A DNA stretch of 62,488 bases, filler included. It is 4 parts of 4 records of this genome, joined end to end, with 100 filler letters (N's around TTAATTAATTAA, not from the genome) between each part and the next. Parts side by side here need not be neighbours in the genome. Positions count along the whole stretch, not along the records: positions 1 to 16,314 come from SRR22947725_504; 3 more parts are not named here. One strand, 5' to 3'. Numbering within the stretch: the stretch's first letter is position 1; every line of letters starts with the position of its first letter. The notes below the pieces were generated by a model. It was given only the letters and a program-made list of their open reading frames with translations, made no database searches and was not told the origin of the DNA. Shown here one piece after another: positions 1-10,534 of the stretch. The position numbers and the translations under genes are program-made.

Positions 1-2334
1 TTCATTTGCGGTGGAAGACATTTGATATGTTGCCGAAAGTACAATTTTGCGGATAAGTGTCTTGATAGACCATTTGTTATCAATGAAAAATTGTGCTAGG
101 TCATCGAGAAGTTCTGGATGGGTAGGTCGACTTCCCATTTTCCCGAAATTATCTGTACTCGATACGATTCCACGACCAAAAAGATGATGCCAAGCCCGAT
201 TGACAAATACTCGAGCAGTAAGGGGGTTTTGAGGAGAGGATACCCAATGGGCAAGTTCTAGGCGACCGCTTGATCCTTCAGGTATCTGGGGAAATGGAGA
301 TGTATGCCGCGGGGTTGCGACTACCAAAAATCCCCGCGGAACAAGCGGTCCCAAATTACGGATTCCTCCACGAAGATGAACATGCCAATCACCAACTGCC
401 TTCTGCTCTCGAACTGACAATGCCTTTTCAGCTTTAGGCGGAGCCTTCTTATTGTGCTCAACGATTAAATTTTTCAGCTCCTCGACTCGTATTTCTGCAT
501 TCTTAATCTGAACTTTAAGCATGTTATTTTTTTTAGAATCAGCAGTACTTTTTTTCGCCGTTTTGTCGAGAGAAGGCACTTTCATTACCGGAACCAAGCG
601 GATCGCATCCGCGATCACAACCTTCCTCGTTCCTTCTGTTGTAATCTGAACGACCTCCCTTACTCTCCTGTCGAAATTAAATCTTCCAACCGACTTAAAC
701 GCTCCCAGTATTTGAGGGTTTTTTGTTTGATCAAGTAGGACTTTATGTTCGCCATCCGCATGCATAATGGTCACCGGAGTTCTGTTTGATCGATTTAAAC
801 CAACGGTGTAAGAAACTTGAACATCATATTCTCCCTTGCGTGGAATATTTGCCGAAAAAGTAATCGATTTAGTACCCTTACCTTTATTATCATCATGCAA
901 ATATCGCTTTCCCACAAAGCCATTTGTGTGAGTCGAGGAAATCCATTTACCGATCAATTTGGCATCTGAATCATCCACAACAATTCCGTCTAAGTAAAGT
1001 GGGTCTAAATTCCTTTTTTGTCTAATCAAACTTATCTTTTTACCACCTAATAACCTAACTGCTAAAATGGCTTCCTTCAATCTCTCCTCAAGAGAAGTCA
1101 AGACTCGCGCGTGTTTTTTTCGTTGGGTGCCAAAGTCATCCTGCAATACTCTTTCATGAAAACTAGCTACATTTCCTGGAACCAAGCTATTAGTGCTCCG
1201 AAAAATACCCGCCATAGAATAGTATTCTTTTGTTGGAATCGGGTCAAAGGGATGGTCATGACAGCGGGCACAACCCATAGTAATGCCCATGAACGCCCGA
1301 CCCACCGCGCTTAGTTGCTCGTCGACCACTTCCATGCGTAAGAGTTCCTTGTCCTGTAATTCATAATTATGCGGACCGAGAGCCAAAAATCCCGTGCCTG
1401 TAAGATATTCATTATATTCCAATTTAGATTTTGAAGGCATCAGATCGCCCGCAATTTGCTCGATAACAAAGCGATCAAAGGGTTTGTCCTTATTAAAACT
1501 GTATACCACATAATCTCGATAACGGCTGGCATTAGGAAAAGGGTTGTTCCGGCCTCCACCAATAGTATCGGCATAACGAGCAACATCGAGCCAATGTCGA
1601 CCCCATCTTTCTCCAAACCTTTCTGAGCCGAGTAATTCATCAACCACTTTTGGAAACGCATTCGGAGAGCGATCAGAAATAAAATCATTAATTTGATCTG
1701 GGCTTGGAGGTAATCCGATGAGGTCAAAATAAATCCTTCTTAATAAAGTATATTTATCCGCATACCGCGAGGGGGTTAATTTTTTTGACTCCAAATTTGC
1801 CAAAACAAAATAATCGATTGAATCTTCGGCCCATCCCGCCATCTTAACTTTGGGAAATGGCTGAGATTGAACCGGTTTAAAAGCCCAATAGTCCCGTACA
1901 TCTGCTAGCTCCTTTAAGGAAATAGGGTTTTGCTTTTTTTTCATTCCCATCTCATTTTCCCTAGGGTCAATCGCTCCTTCCAAAATCCATTTTTGGAGAT
2001 TCTTAATCGCTTCTTTAGACAACTTGCCATCTGGCGGCATTCGCAGGTCGTTACTCTCGTAACTTATCGCCTTAAATAATAAACTTTGACCAGGTTTTTT
2101 GGGTACTATTACCGTTCCGCTGTCTCCCCCTTGAATCCAACCCGCCCGCGTGTCGAGATATAGATTTGCTTTCACTTTTTTGGCTTTTTCCGAATGACAC
2201 TCGTAACAATTCTCTACCAAAATGGGTCGAATCTTCTTTTCAAAAAACGCAACTTTCTTGGCATCTACCCCCAAACTTAAATTGACGAGTTGTAATATCC
2301 AAAAGAGGACAAATGTTCGGAAAATTACATTCAT
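1..2334 (-). CDS. Planctomycete cytochrome c (PSCyt1) + DUF1549 + DUF1553 domain protein with inserted CBM-like domain; 3'-truncated at window edge
   Basis: Not in the ORF track because it has no stop in the window. Manual translation from ATG 2334 gives MNVIFRTFVLFWILQLVNLSLG (signal), then FFEKKIRPILVENCYECHS (CxxCH), MPPDGKL, MGCARCHDHPFDP (second CxxCH, ~1278) and ARVFVNRAWHHLFGRG (~216), all in one frame. Confidence 0.9.
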   Translation of the reverse strand, partial: MNVIFRTFVLFWILQLVNLSLGVDAKKVAFFEKKIRPILVENCYECHSEKAKKVKANLYLDTRAGWIQGGDSGTVIVPKKPGQSLLFKAISYESNDLRMPPDGKLSKEAIKNLQKWILEGAIDPRENEMGMKKKQNPISLKELADVRDYWAFKPVQSQPFPKVKMAGWAEDSIDYFVLANLESKKLTPSRYADKYTLLRRIYFDLIGLPPSPDQINDFISDRSPNAFPKVVDELLGSERFGERWGRHWLDVARYADTIGGGRNNPFPNASRYRDYVVYSFNKDKPFDRFVIEQIAGDLMPSKSKLEYNEYLTGTGFLALGPHNYELQDKELLRMEVVDEQLSAVGRAFMGITMGCARCHDHPFDPIPTKEYYSMAGIFRSTNSLVPGNVASFHERVLQDDFGTQRKKHARVLTSLEERLKEAILAVRLLGGKKISLIRQKRNLDPLYLDGIVVDDSDAKLIGKWISSTHTNGFVGKRYLHDDNKGKGTKSITFSANIPRKGEYDVQVSYTVGLNRSNRTPVTIMHADGEHKVLLDQTKNPQILGAFKSVGRFNFDRRVREVVQITTEGTRKVVIADAIRLVPVMKVPSLDKTAKKSTADSKKNNMLKVQIKNAEIRVEELKNLIVEHNKKAPPKAEKALSVREQKAVGDWHVHLRGGIRNLGPLVPRGFLVVATPRHTSPFPQIPEGSSGRLELAHWVSSPQNPLTARVFVNRAWHHLFGRGIVSSTDNFGKMGSRPTHPELLDDLAQFFIDNKWSIKTLIRKIVLSATYQMSSTANE

Positions 2335-2432
2335 GACAAAGTCATACTTAAACCATTAAAAACAACTATTTAAGTCAAATTTACACCCACGATTTAGCTA
2401 ATTTTCTTTTTAATGGTCTTAGATTCTTTTAG

Positions 2433-3926
2433 TTAAAGTGGGGGTGCGTTCCAGTCCGGAATACCGCCATTCTCTAACTGCTTGGCATGAAGTATATGGT
2501 AGGGTTGGGTTGGAGACATGGGAACTTCCTCATTCACCATAAGGGGGCGGGTTTCCTTCCAAAACTTTTCGTAGGCTAAACGCATCGACTGAACTACTTT
2601 GGGATTTTTGTCTGCAATATCCAAAAGTTGCGAAGGATCTTTCTTCATATCGTAGAGCTTGTTCTCCACTAGGCGAAAACGCTCGTTCCTAACTGCAAAA
2701 CGCTTCCACATATGATCAGTCGGTTCGGAACCGGTTTTCCAACGGGCACCCTGCGTAAAAAGATAGCGGTCCTTCCACTTGGCTTGTGGATTTTTGATTA
2801 GCGGCAGGAGGCTCCGTCCCTCGACTTGCCCCTTGGGTAACTGGTCAATTCCCACAATATCAGCAAGTGTGGGTAAAAGATCAATATGAGCGGAAATCCT
2901 TTCAACCGCTTGGTCGGCTGCGAATTTGCCTGGCCAACGAACAAAAAATGGCACGCGAACCCCACCTTCATCAGCCGAACTTTTTGCACCCTTCATCCCC
3001 GCATTGAAACCTTCCATAGGCTTGCCGTCCTTGGACATACCAAGCTTGGAGCCCTCACGTACCATTCCGCCAACTGAGCCATTATCAGACATAAAAATAA
3101 GGATTGTGTCCTTGGCGAGGTTCCATTCGTCGAGCTTGCTCATAAGCCGCCCCATATTCTGATCGATGTTTTCTATCATTCCATAGAATCCGGCATCTCT
3201 TTCGGAGAAACCAAGATCAGTAAATCGTTTTGCATTTTGGGGCGGAGCAATAAAAGGGCCATGCGGAGCATTCGTCGTGATATAGGCAAAAAAGGGTTTC
3301 CCTTGGTCTTTCATTTTTTTCATCCATCCCATTCCAGCGGTGAAAAATAAGTCGGTGCAATAGCCCTTTGTCTTTACAAAGGAACCATTGTGACGAATGG
3401 TTGGATTAAAATATTGATTACCCGGAACATCAGCACATGAGCAATTAAATTTCTGTCCAATTCCACCTGCTCCATGGATAAAGGCTTCGTCAAAACCGCG
3501 CTTATGTGGTTGGTAGGGCTCCTCGTCCCCTAAATGCCACTTGCCAAATATCCCAGAAACATAGCCCGCCTTCGATAACACCTGAGGAAGGGTCACCGTG
3601 CTTAATGCCATCCTTTCCCTTTCTAAAATGGTGTGAGTAATTCCATTTTTCATAGGGTGACGGCCCGACATAAGGGCGGCTCGGGTGGGCGAGCAAGTGG
3701 GACTGACCAAGAACCTTTCAAAGCGGGTGCTTTGCCCGTGTAGCTTATCAAGATTAGGTGTCTGGATCCAAGGATTGCCGTGCTTTCCTATCGGTCCATA
3801 ACCTTGATCATCGGTTATCATGAGTACGATATTGGGCCTGACTCCAAAGGGTAGCTCCTTGGATATTAAGATTTTGTTTACCGTAAAAATAGAGAGTATT
3901 AGGGAGAGGAATAAAGTTACTTTCAT
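2433..3926 (-). CDS. Arylsulfatase (Cys-type, FGly-dependent S1 sulfatase), secreted
   Basis: RPNIVLMITDDQGYG, CSPTRAALMSG (CxPxR), GKWHLG, SDNG. ATG 3926 gives a signal peptide (MKVTLFLSLILSIF). Confidence 0.93.
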   Translation of the reverse strand: MKVTLFLSLILSIFTVNKILISKELPFGVRPNIVLMITDDQGYGPIGKHGNPWIQTPNLDKLHGQSTRFERFLVSPTCSPTRAALMSGRHPMKNGITHTILERERMALSTVTLPQVLSKAGYVSGIFGKWHLGDEEPYQPHKRGFDEAFIHGAGGIGQKFNCSCADVPGNQYFNPTIRHNGSFVKTKGYCTDLFFTAGMGWMKKMKDQGKPFFAYITTNAPHGPFIAPPQNAKRFTDLGFSERDAGFYGMIENIDQNMGRLMSKLDEWNLAKDTILIFMSDNGSVGGMVREGSKLGMSKDGKPMEGFNAGMKGAKSSADEGGVRVPFFVRWPGKFAADQAVERISAHIDLLPTLADIVGIDQLPKGQVEGRSLLPLIKNPQAKWKDRYLFTQGARWKTGSEPTDHMWKRFAVRNERFRLVENKLYDMKKDPSQLLDIADKNPKVVQSMRLAYEKFWKETRPLMVNEEVPMSPTQPYHILHAKQLENGGIPDWNAPPL

Positions 3927-4054
3927 GATTGATGGTTTGGTTTTAAATTGGGGCTTGAGAGAACATCCCAAGTCTTACCTTCGGAATGCACAAGCTTTAA
4001 AAAGCAAGCTTGCGATTTGACGATTTGAAGGGTTTCGGACTAGATTGATTGTAA

Positions 4055-4852
4055 ATGCCATTATTTAAGCATATTTTCTGCCTTCTACTTATTGTTTCTT
4101 TTATGGAAGCCCGCACATTCACGAGTGCAGATGGGGTTCGTAAAATCGTGGCTTCCATTACAGCCTATGATAAAAAATCAGAGGTCGTAAGTATTATTCG
4201 GAAAGATGGAAAATCTTTTAATAGCAAGCTTTCTTCTTTTAGCGTTGAAGATCAGGCCTATACTTTAAAATGGCATGAGGGAGCGACTGAAAACTATCTT
4301 TATGTCGGTAAGGAATACCCCGGACATCTTCAAATGTTCCTACAAATTTTAAATTCAGGCGGAGTGGGGTATGGCCAAACGGTCTTATATCAGCCCGGAC
4401 TTCCTCCGGTTGCGATAGGAAACGGGCCTACCCCTTTTCTTGCTTGGGTGGACGGCTATGACAAACTAGGCCGGGCGTATAGTAGGTTTAATGCAACGAG
4501 AGTAAATTTTGATCTAACCGAAAACAACTGGCGGGCAAGTATATCCTTTCAGGCAAGTCGATCCGTTACCCAAAATACGGGAACTGTGCTTATCCCCTCA
4601 GGAAATTTATACGGCATGCCTAGCGTCGGGGGACCCATTCTTTACCAGCAACCACAAAGAATTGTGGTCCTAGGCAAAAACCAAAACCCAAACTCACTGA
4701 TCGTTTTGCCCCGAGGTCCGGCTCCGGTGTTCGTCAATCCTTACACTGGAGGAATGAACATGAATGGAGTTGGAGTGACAGGTGGAGGATACTCGGGGAT
4801 TACTCACACTCATTCCCGAGGAATGGGAATCTCGATCCGAATAAATCGGTAA
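4055..4852 (+). CDS. Secreted SHD1 (SLA1 homology domain 1) protein with uncharacterised Gly/Pro-rich C-terminus
   Basis: Signal peptide, then RTFTSADG...IRKDGKSF..KLSSFSVEDQAY, matching the PVC-type SHD1 pattern. Confidence 0.7.
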   Translation: MPLFKHIFCLLLIVSFMEARTFTSADGVRKIVASITAYDKKSEVVSIIRKDGKSFNSKLSSFSVEDQAYTLKWHEGATENYLYVGKEYPGHLQMFLQILNSGGVGYGQTVLYQPGLPPVAIGNGPTPFLAWVDGYDKLGRAYSRFNATRVNFDLTENNWRASISFQASRSVTQNTGTVLIPSGNLYGMPSVGGPILYQQPQRIVVLGKNQNPNSLIVLPRGPAPVFVNPYTGGMNMNGVGVTGGGYSGITHTHSRGMGISIRINR

Positions 4853-5111
4853 CTTGGTTTCTTATAATTCAGTGCGAACTTTAAAACCCCTCTGAAATTA
4901 ACTTCTGATGGGAACATCGACTGTTTTCCAAAGACAATACCCCTCATTTAGAATTTTCAATTGAATGTGTTTTGACAGTTGAAAGATAATAGGTCGTTGC
5001 CCTTAATAGATTCTATCAGATTACAGTGATTTCACTTCCAATAGAGTGCTAAAAATAAAGCAATAAATCCAACGGGTACCCAAACTTTCATCAAAAAACT
5101 TGTATTAAAAA

Positions 5112-8100
5112 ATGAATTTTATGAAGAACAGAATCTCTAAAGTGTTTAAGGGCTCAAGCTTATCTTTCGTTTGGCTCCTCGCATTTTTCTACTCAATCTC
5201 CCTTCACTCGGAAGAGGAAGACTTTCGAAAATACGCCATGTTTGCGTCCAACGCAGAAAGGCCTGAATCTACCAACCCAATCCCCTCCAGGCTACCCTTT
5301 ACGTTACAGGCGAATGCCCGCATTGCACTCTTAGGAAACACCCTTTTTGATCGAATGCGAAATTTTGGCCATTTCGAGGCAATCCTACAAAAAGCGCATC
5401 CCGATCTAAATTTGGTAGTCAGGAATTTGGCTTGGTCAGCGGATGAGATTGGCCTGCAACCAAGGCCCGCCAATTTTGCCGATACTGAACAACACCTTAC
5501 TGCAATGAAGGCAGACATTATTATCGCTGCTTTTGGGTTCAACGAATCGTTTGGTGGAATAAAAGAACTTTCCTCTTTTGAAACTCGCCTGGCAAATTAT
5601 TTGTTAAATTTAGGGTCAAAATCGTACAATGGGAAATCCGCACCACTACTGGTGCTGGTCTCGCCAATCGCAAACGAAAATGTCAACGGTGTTTCCGCAG
5701 CCAATCTGAATAATAAGAACATTAAGGCTTACTGTAAGTCCATGAAAAAAGTTGCAGACAAACAAAAAGTCGGCTTCGTCAATGTGTTTGATGGAACTGC
5801 TGCAGAAATGCTCCTGAAACAAAACGACCTAACCATAAATGGAGCACATTTAAATGCCCTCGGATATTCTAAGTTTGCAAAAATTTTATTCGAAGGAGTT
5901 TTTCAAAAAGAGGCTCCCTCTGTAGATAAGGATATACGCGCTGCGGTGATTGAAAAAAACAGACAACATTTTTATCGATACCGCCCACTCAACACATTTT
6001 ATTACACCGGTGGAAGAAAAGGGAGTTATGGGTACCTCGATTTTCTGCCCGCTATGAGAAATTTTGATCTGATGACCGAGAATAGGGATCGGCAAATTCA
6101 CCGCCTTGCCCAAGGCAAAAAGCCTTCCCCCATCATCAATGATTCTAATGTCCCTCCCTTGCCCATCACCAAGGAGAGTAGGGGTGCTAACAAATGGATG
6201 TCACCCGAGGAGGAAAAAGCGGCTTTTAAGGTTGATCCCAGATTCGAGGTATCTCTTTTTGCAAGTGAAGAACAATTTCCTGACATTGCTTGTCCTATTC
6301 AAATGAGATGGGACGGAAAAGGTAGAATGTGGGTATCCTGTTCAACCACTTACCCTCATGTCTATCCGGGACAGGCTCCAAACGACAAGATAGTAATCCT
6401 GGAAGATTTAGACAAAGACGGAAAAGCCGATCAATGTTCAGTCTGGGCAGAAGGTTTGAATGTTCCTCTGTCATTCGAATTTGGGAATGGGGGAGTCTAT
6501 GTCTCAGAGGAACCGCACATGACTTTTCTTAAGGATACCAACGGAGATGGAAAAGCGGACTTCCGAGAAATCCCCCTCACTGGATTTGGGTGTGAAGATT
6601 CTCACCATGCACTTCATGACTTTGTCTGGACTCCGGACGGGGACCTAATTTTCCGGGAATCTATTTTTCACCACACTCAGGTGGAAACCCCCTACGGCCC
6701 AGTTAGACAACAAAATAGCGGCTGGTTCGCCTGGGAACCCAAGCTACACAGACTCACTGCTTTTGGAACTCACCCCAGTACAAATCCATGGGGAGTTACC
6801 TTTGATGACTGGGGCCAGCATGTTGCCAGTTACCCAATTTTTGCCTCTGCCCATCATGCACTCGACCCTCCTTACCCAAAACAACACCCAAAGCCTAGTG
6901 GGATGCAGGCTTATTCAGGAGTATGCGGACAGGAATTTATTGACTTTCCAAACTGGCCAAAAGAATTACAGGGGATGATGGTTAAAGTCCGCTATAAATC
7001 AACCAACCGGGTGGAGCTATTAAAGTGGAAAGAATACGAATACGGATACGAAGAAGAGTATGTTTCAGATATTATATTTTCCTCTAATCTCAGCTTTATT
7101 CCAGTTGATCTAAGATACGGCCCAAGAGGTGCGATGTATGTCTGCGATTGGTACAACCCGGTAAAGGGACATGCCCAGTATTCTCTCCGAGATGAAAGGA
7201 GAGATCGAAAGTCCGGTCGCATCTGGCGTATCCTGCCAAAGGGAGCAAAAGAGGTAAATCCACCGAAAATTACTGGTGCTACTCTTCCTCAATTGCTCAA
7301 TCTGCTTAAACGACCAGAATATCGCTACCGTTACTGGGCTAAAAGGGAGATTCGAGAGATGGAACCAATTCTAGTTAAAAAAGCACTCGACCAATGGGTC
7401 AAGAAACTCGATACCAATGATCCACGCTTCAGGCATCATCAAGTCGAGGCATTGTGGACTTACCGGAATGTGGAGCAATCTAATATAAAACTCCTTGCGG
7501 AATTGCTTCAATGTGAAAACCACAACGCTCGGGCAGCAGCCACACGACAACTTAGACATTGGCATTCATTGACCAATAGGGGAGATGATTTATTACTAAA
7601 AGCGGCTCGAGATAAAAATGGGCTTGTAAGATTAGAAGCAGCAATTGCTTGCAGTTATATCGGTACCAAAAGTGCGTTTGAAGCACTGAAAGTTGTAAGC
7701 AGTAAACCCAATGATAAACACTTAAGCTACGCCATTAAAACTTCCCTTGGTTCAGCACCCATGAAAAAATTTTGGGATTCGGAAGAATTGGAGGAAAAAC
7801 AACCACTCCTTTATGCTTTTTTAAACAGACAAAAAAATGTTTATAAAAAAGCGGAACAAACAAAAGAAGATAACAAATTTGACCGACAAAAAAATCTAGT
7901 TAAAGTCAAAGTTTCCTGCATGAAGGAAAGAATGCTTTATTCCGTTGAACTTATTGAAAAGTCAAACCTTGGAGAATATAAGAGGTCCTTGAAGGGAGAT
8001 ATATATGCAAAGAGAAATCAACCGATACGAATTGAATTCAGAAATCCTGATGCCACGCCACATAACTTTGTTCTTGTTAAACCAAATTCTGTAGAAGAGG

Positions 8101-8321
8101 TTGGTCTTGCTGCGAACAATATGGCAAAGGATCCAATTGCAGCTCAAAGCGGACAGTTTATTCCGAAATCCAACAAGATAATTGTACATACTAAAATGCT
8201 CAAGCAAGGAGAAAGTGAAATACTTCGCTTTAATGCACCTAAAAAAACTGGGAATTATCCTTTCCTTTGTAGTTTTCCTGGACACTGGACAATTATGAAA
8301 GGTAATCTTATCGTAAAATAA
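5112..8321 (+). CDS. PVC-type membrane-bound dehydrogenase-like protein: SGNH/GDSL-like domain, beta-propeller, HEAT repeats, C-terminal azurin/auracyanin-like copper domain
   Basis: LGNTLFDR..RNLAWSAD and NGAHLNALGY (SGNH-like); FEVSLFASE, ILEDLDKDGKAD, NPWG, DWYN..GHAQYSLRD (propeller); PHNFV...YPFLCSFPGHWTIMKG (type-1 Cu ligands H, C, H, M). Confidence 0.85.
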   Translation: MNFMKNRISKVFKGSSLSFVWLLAFFYSISLHSEEEDFRKYAMFASNAERPESTNPIPSRLPFTLQANARIALLGNTLFDRMRNFGHFEAILQKAHPDLNLVVRNLAWSADEIGLQPRPANFADTEQHLTAMKADIIIAAFGFNESFGGIKELSSFETRLANYLLNLGSKSYNGKSAPLLVLVSPIANENVNGVSAANLNNKNIKAYCKSMKKVADKQKVGFVNVFDGTAAEMLLKQNDLTINGAHLNALGYSKFAKILFEGVFQKEAPSVDKDIRAAVIEKNRQHFYRYRPLNTFYYTGGRKGSYGYLDFLPAMRNFDLMTENRDRQIHRLAQGKKPSPIINDSNVPPLPITKESRGANKWMSPEEEKAAFKVDPRFEVSLFASEEQFPDIACPIQMRWDGKGRMWVSCSTTYPHVYPGQAPNDKIVILEDLDKDGKADQCSVWAEGLNVPLSFEFGNGGVYVSEEPHMTFLKDTNGDGKADFREIPLTGFGCEDSHHALHDFVWTPDGDLIFRESIFHHTQVETPYGPVRQQNSGWFAWEPKLHRLTAFGTHPSTNPWGVTFDDWGQHVASYPIFASAHHALDPPYPKQHPKPSGMQAYSGVCGQEFIDFPNWPKELQGMMVKVRYKSTNRVELLKWKEYEYGYEEEYVSDIIFSSNLSFIPVDLRYGPRGAMYVCDWYNPVKGHAQYSLRDERRDRKSGRIWRILPKGAKEVNPPKITGATLPQLLNLLKRPEYRYRYWAKREIREMEPILVKKALDQWVKKLDTNDPRFRHHQVEALWTYRNVEQSNIKLLAELLQCENHNARAAATRQLRHWHSLTNRGDDLLLKAARDKNGLVRLEAAIACSYIGTKSAFEALKVVSSKPNDKHLSYAIKTSLGSAPMKKFWDSEELEEKQPLLYAFLNRQKNVYKKAEQTKEDNKFDRQKNLVKVKVSCMKERMLYSVELIEKSNLGEYKRSLKGDIYAKRNQPIRIEFRNPDATPHNFVLVKPNSVEEVGLAANNMAKDPIAAQSGQFIPKSNKIIVHTKMLKQGESEILRFNAPKKTGNYPFLCSFPGHWTIMKGNLIVK

Positions 8322-8346
8322 ACAATAATTATACGCTTAATTAAAA

Positions 8347-9756
8347 ATGAAGATTTTAATAATTAATCTTTTTCTGAGTTTTTCTACTCTGCTGTTGTTA
8401 GATGGAAAGACAAATTTTGTTCTTGTCATGACAGACGATCAAGGGTGGGGACAAACTGGCTATTACAATCACCCTGTGCTGAAGACGCCCAATTTAGATA
8501 AAATGGCCTCGTGCGGATTACGATTGGATCGATTCTATGCAGGAGGTCCAGTATGTTCGCCAACACGGGCTACCGTATTAACCGGCAGAACCCATGATCG
8601 AACCGGAGTGTTTGATCACGGCTATGCATTAAGAACACAGGAAAAAACACTTCCGCAAGCACTACTTAAAGCGGGATATTCCACTGGACATTTCGGAAAA
8701 TGGCACCTTTCTGGACTACGAGGAGCGGGTGTTCCAATACTAAAGACAGACCCTCATGGGCCCCACGTATTTGGTTTTGAGAGATGGCTCTCAGTTACCA
8801 ATTTTTTTGACCTCAACCCAATTATGAGTCGCCAAGGAAAAATCGAAGAGTTCAAGGGAGATTCCTCCGAAATCATAGTTGAGGAAGCCCTTAAGTTCAT
8901 GGAGCAGGAAGCAAAAAAGGAAAAACCATTCTTCTGTGTCATTTGGTATGGTACTCCACATAGCCCTTGGATGGCACTTGAAGAAGATAGGAAAGAATTT
9001 AAAGAGCTAGATAAAAATTCTCAGGATCACTATGCGGAACTTAAAGCGATGGATCGAAGCATAGGGACTCTTCGCAAAGGACTTAAAGATATGGAAGTCG
9101 ATCGAAATACACTAGTCTGGTTTACCAGTGATAACGGGGGACTACCCAAAATAAACCCATCCACCACGGGTGGATTGAGAGATTATAAAGGTAGTCTGTA
9201 TGAAGGTGGGATTCGGGTTCCATCAATAATAGAGTGGCCCAGCAAAATAAGGACGGACCGAATCAGCAAATATCCTTCTGGTTCAGTAGACATATTTCCC
9301 ACAATAGCAGACATTGCCGGTATCCAAGAATCTGCTATGCTCAATCCTATGGATGGCGTAAGCCTTACTCCGCTTTTCAGCTCGAAGATTTCAAAAAGGG
9401 AAAAACCCTTAGTTTTCAGCAGTCGTGGACGAATGGCAATAATTGACAATGATTGGAAAATGATTTCTCAACCAAAAGATAGCGGAAGAAAAATAGAATT
9501 GTATAACCTGTTAACCGACTCGACGGAATCCAACAATGAATTTCGACCCAAACACCCTCAAGTAATTCATTTACGAAAAATCCTTGTGGAATCTCGCAAA
9601 TCCATTGAAAAAAGTGTTAATGGAAAAGACTACCCAAGTGGATCAGTTCTTCCACAACCAACGAGAATTTTTTGGACTGAACTTCCAGAATATAAAAAAT
9701 ATTTGCGGAAATGGAAAGATCGACCCGAATATAAATCAATACTTAAGAAATTTTAA
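8347..9756 (+). CDS. Sulfatase (Cys-type S1 family), secreted
   Basis: NFVLVMTDDQGWG, CSPTRATVLTGR, GKWHL, SDNGG, YEGGIRVP. Confidence 0.93.
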   Translation: MKILIINLFLSFSTLLLLDGKTNFVLVMTDDQGWGQTGYYNHPVLKTPNLDKMASCGLRLDRFYAGGPVCSPTRATVLTGRTHDRTGVFDHGYALRTQEKTLPQALLKAGYSTGHFGKWHLSGLRGAGVPILKTDPHGPHVFGFERWLSVTNFFDLNPIMSRQGKIEEFKGDSSEIIVEEALKFMEQEAKKEKPFFCVIWYGTPHSPWMALEEDRKEFKELDKNSQDHYAELKAMDRSIGTLRKGLKDMEVDRNTLVWFTSDNGGLPKINPSTTGGLRDYKGSLYEGGIRVPSIIEWPSKIRTDRISKYPSGSVDIFPTIADIAGIQESAMLNPMDGVSLTPLFSSKISKREKPLVFSSRGRMAIIDNDWKMISQPKDSGRKIELYNLLTDSTESNNEFRPKHPQVIHLRKILVESRKSIEKSVNGKDYPSGSVLPQPTRIFWTELPEYKKYLRKWKDRPEYKSILKKF

Positions 9757-9770
9757 TTAAATTTAAATAA

Positions 9771-10306
<536 letters not shown>

Positions 10307-10362
10307 CTTCTGCTGAATAAGGATTGAATTTTTTCTTAATCAATATTTTCTATTTTCTATTG

Positions 10363-10533
10363 ATGAAGGACACTCAGAAGAATGCGAATATAAAATGTAC
10401 CGAAAACTCATGCAAATTTAAGCAAACTTGCAAGTGGAACAACCGTTGTATGCAGGAAGGACTAAATCTTAGTATTAACAGTAAGAAAACTGCGATGCAG
10501 GCAGTAAAACCGAAGCAGAAGCCTAAGAAGTAA
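10363..10533 (+). CDS. Small basic 4-Cys protein (56 aa)
   Basis: MKDTQKNANIKCTENSCKFKQTCKWNNRCMQEG...KPKQKPKK. Occupies an otherwise empty gap, and its stop abuts the stop of the convergent gene. Confidence 0.45.
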   Translation: MKDTQKNANIKCTENSCKFKQTCKWNNRCMQEGLNLSINSKKTAMQAVKPKQKPKK

Positions 10534-10534
10534 G

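Noticed and set aside
5026-5052. CIRCE element (GAGTGCTAA at 5044-5052)
   Set aside because: Only the right half-site is present; there is no TTAGCACTC at 9-nt spacing, and no chaperone gene is adjacent.
8337-9761. TTAATTAAA flanking the sulfatase gene on both sides as a target-site duplication or cassette
   Set aside because: Low-complexity AT motif in AT-rich spacers; no transposase, integrase or attC structure.
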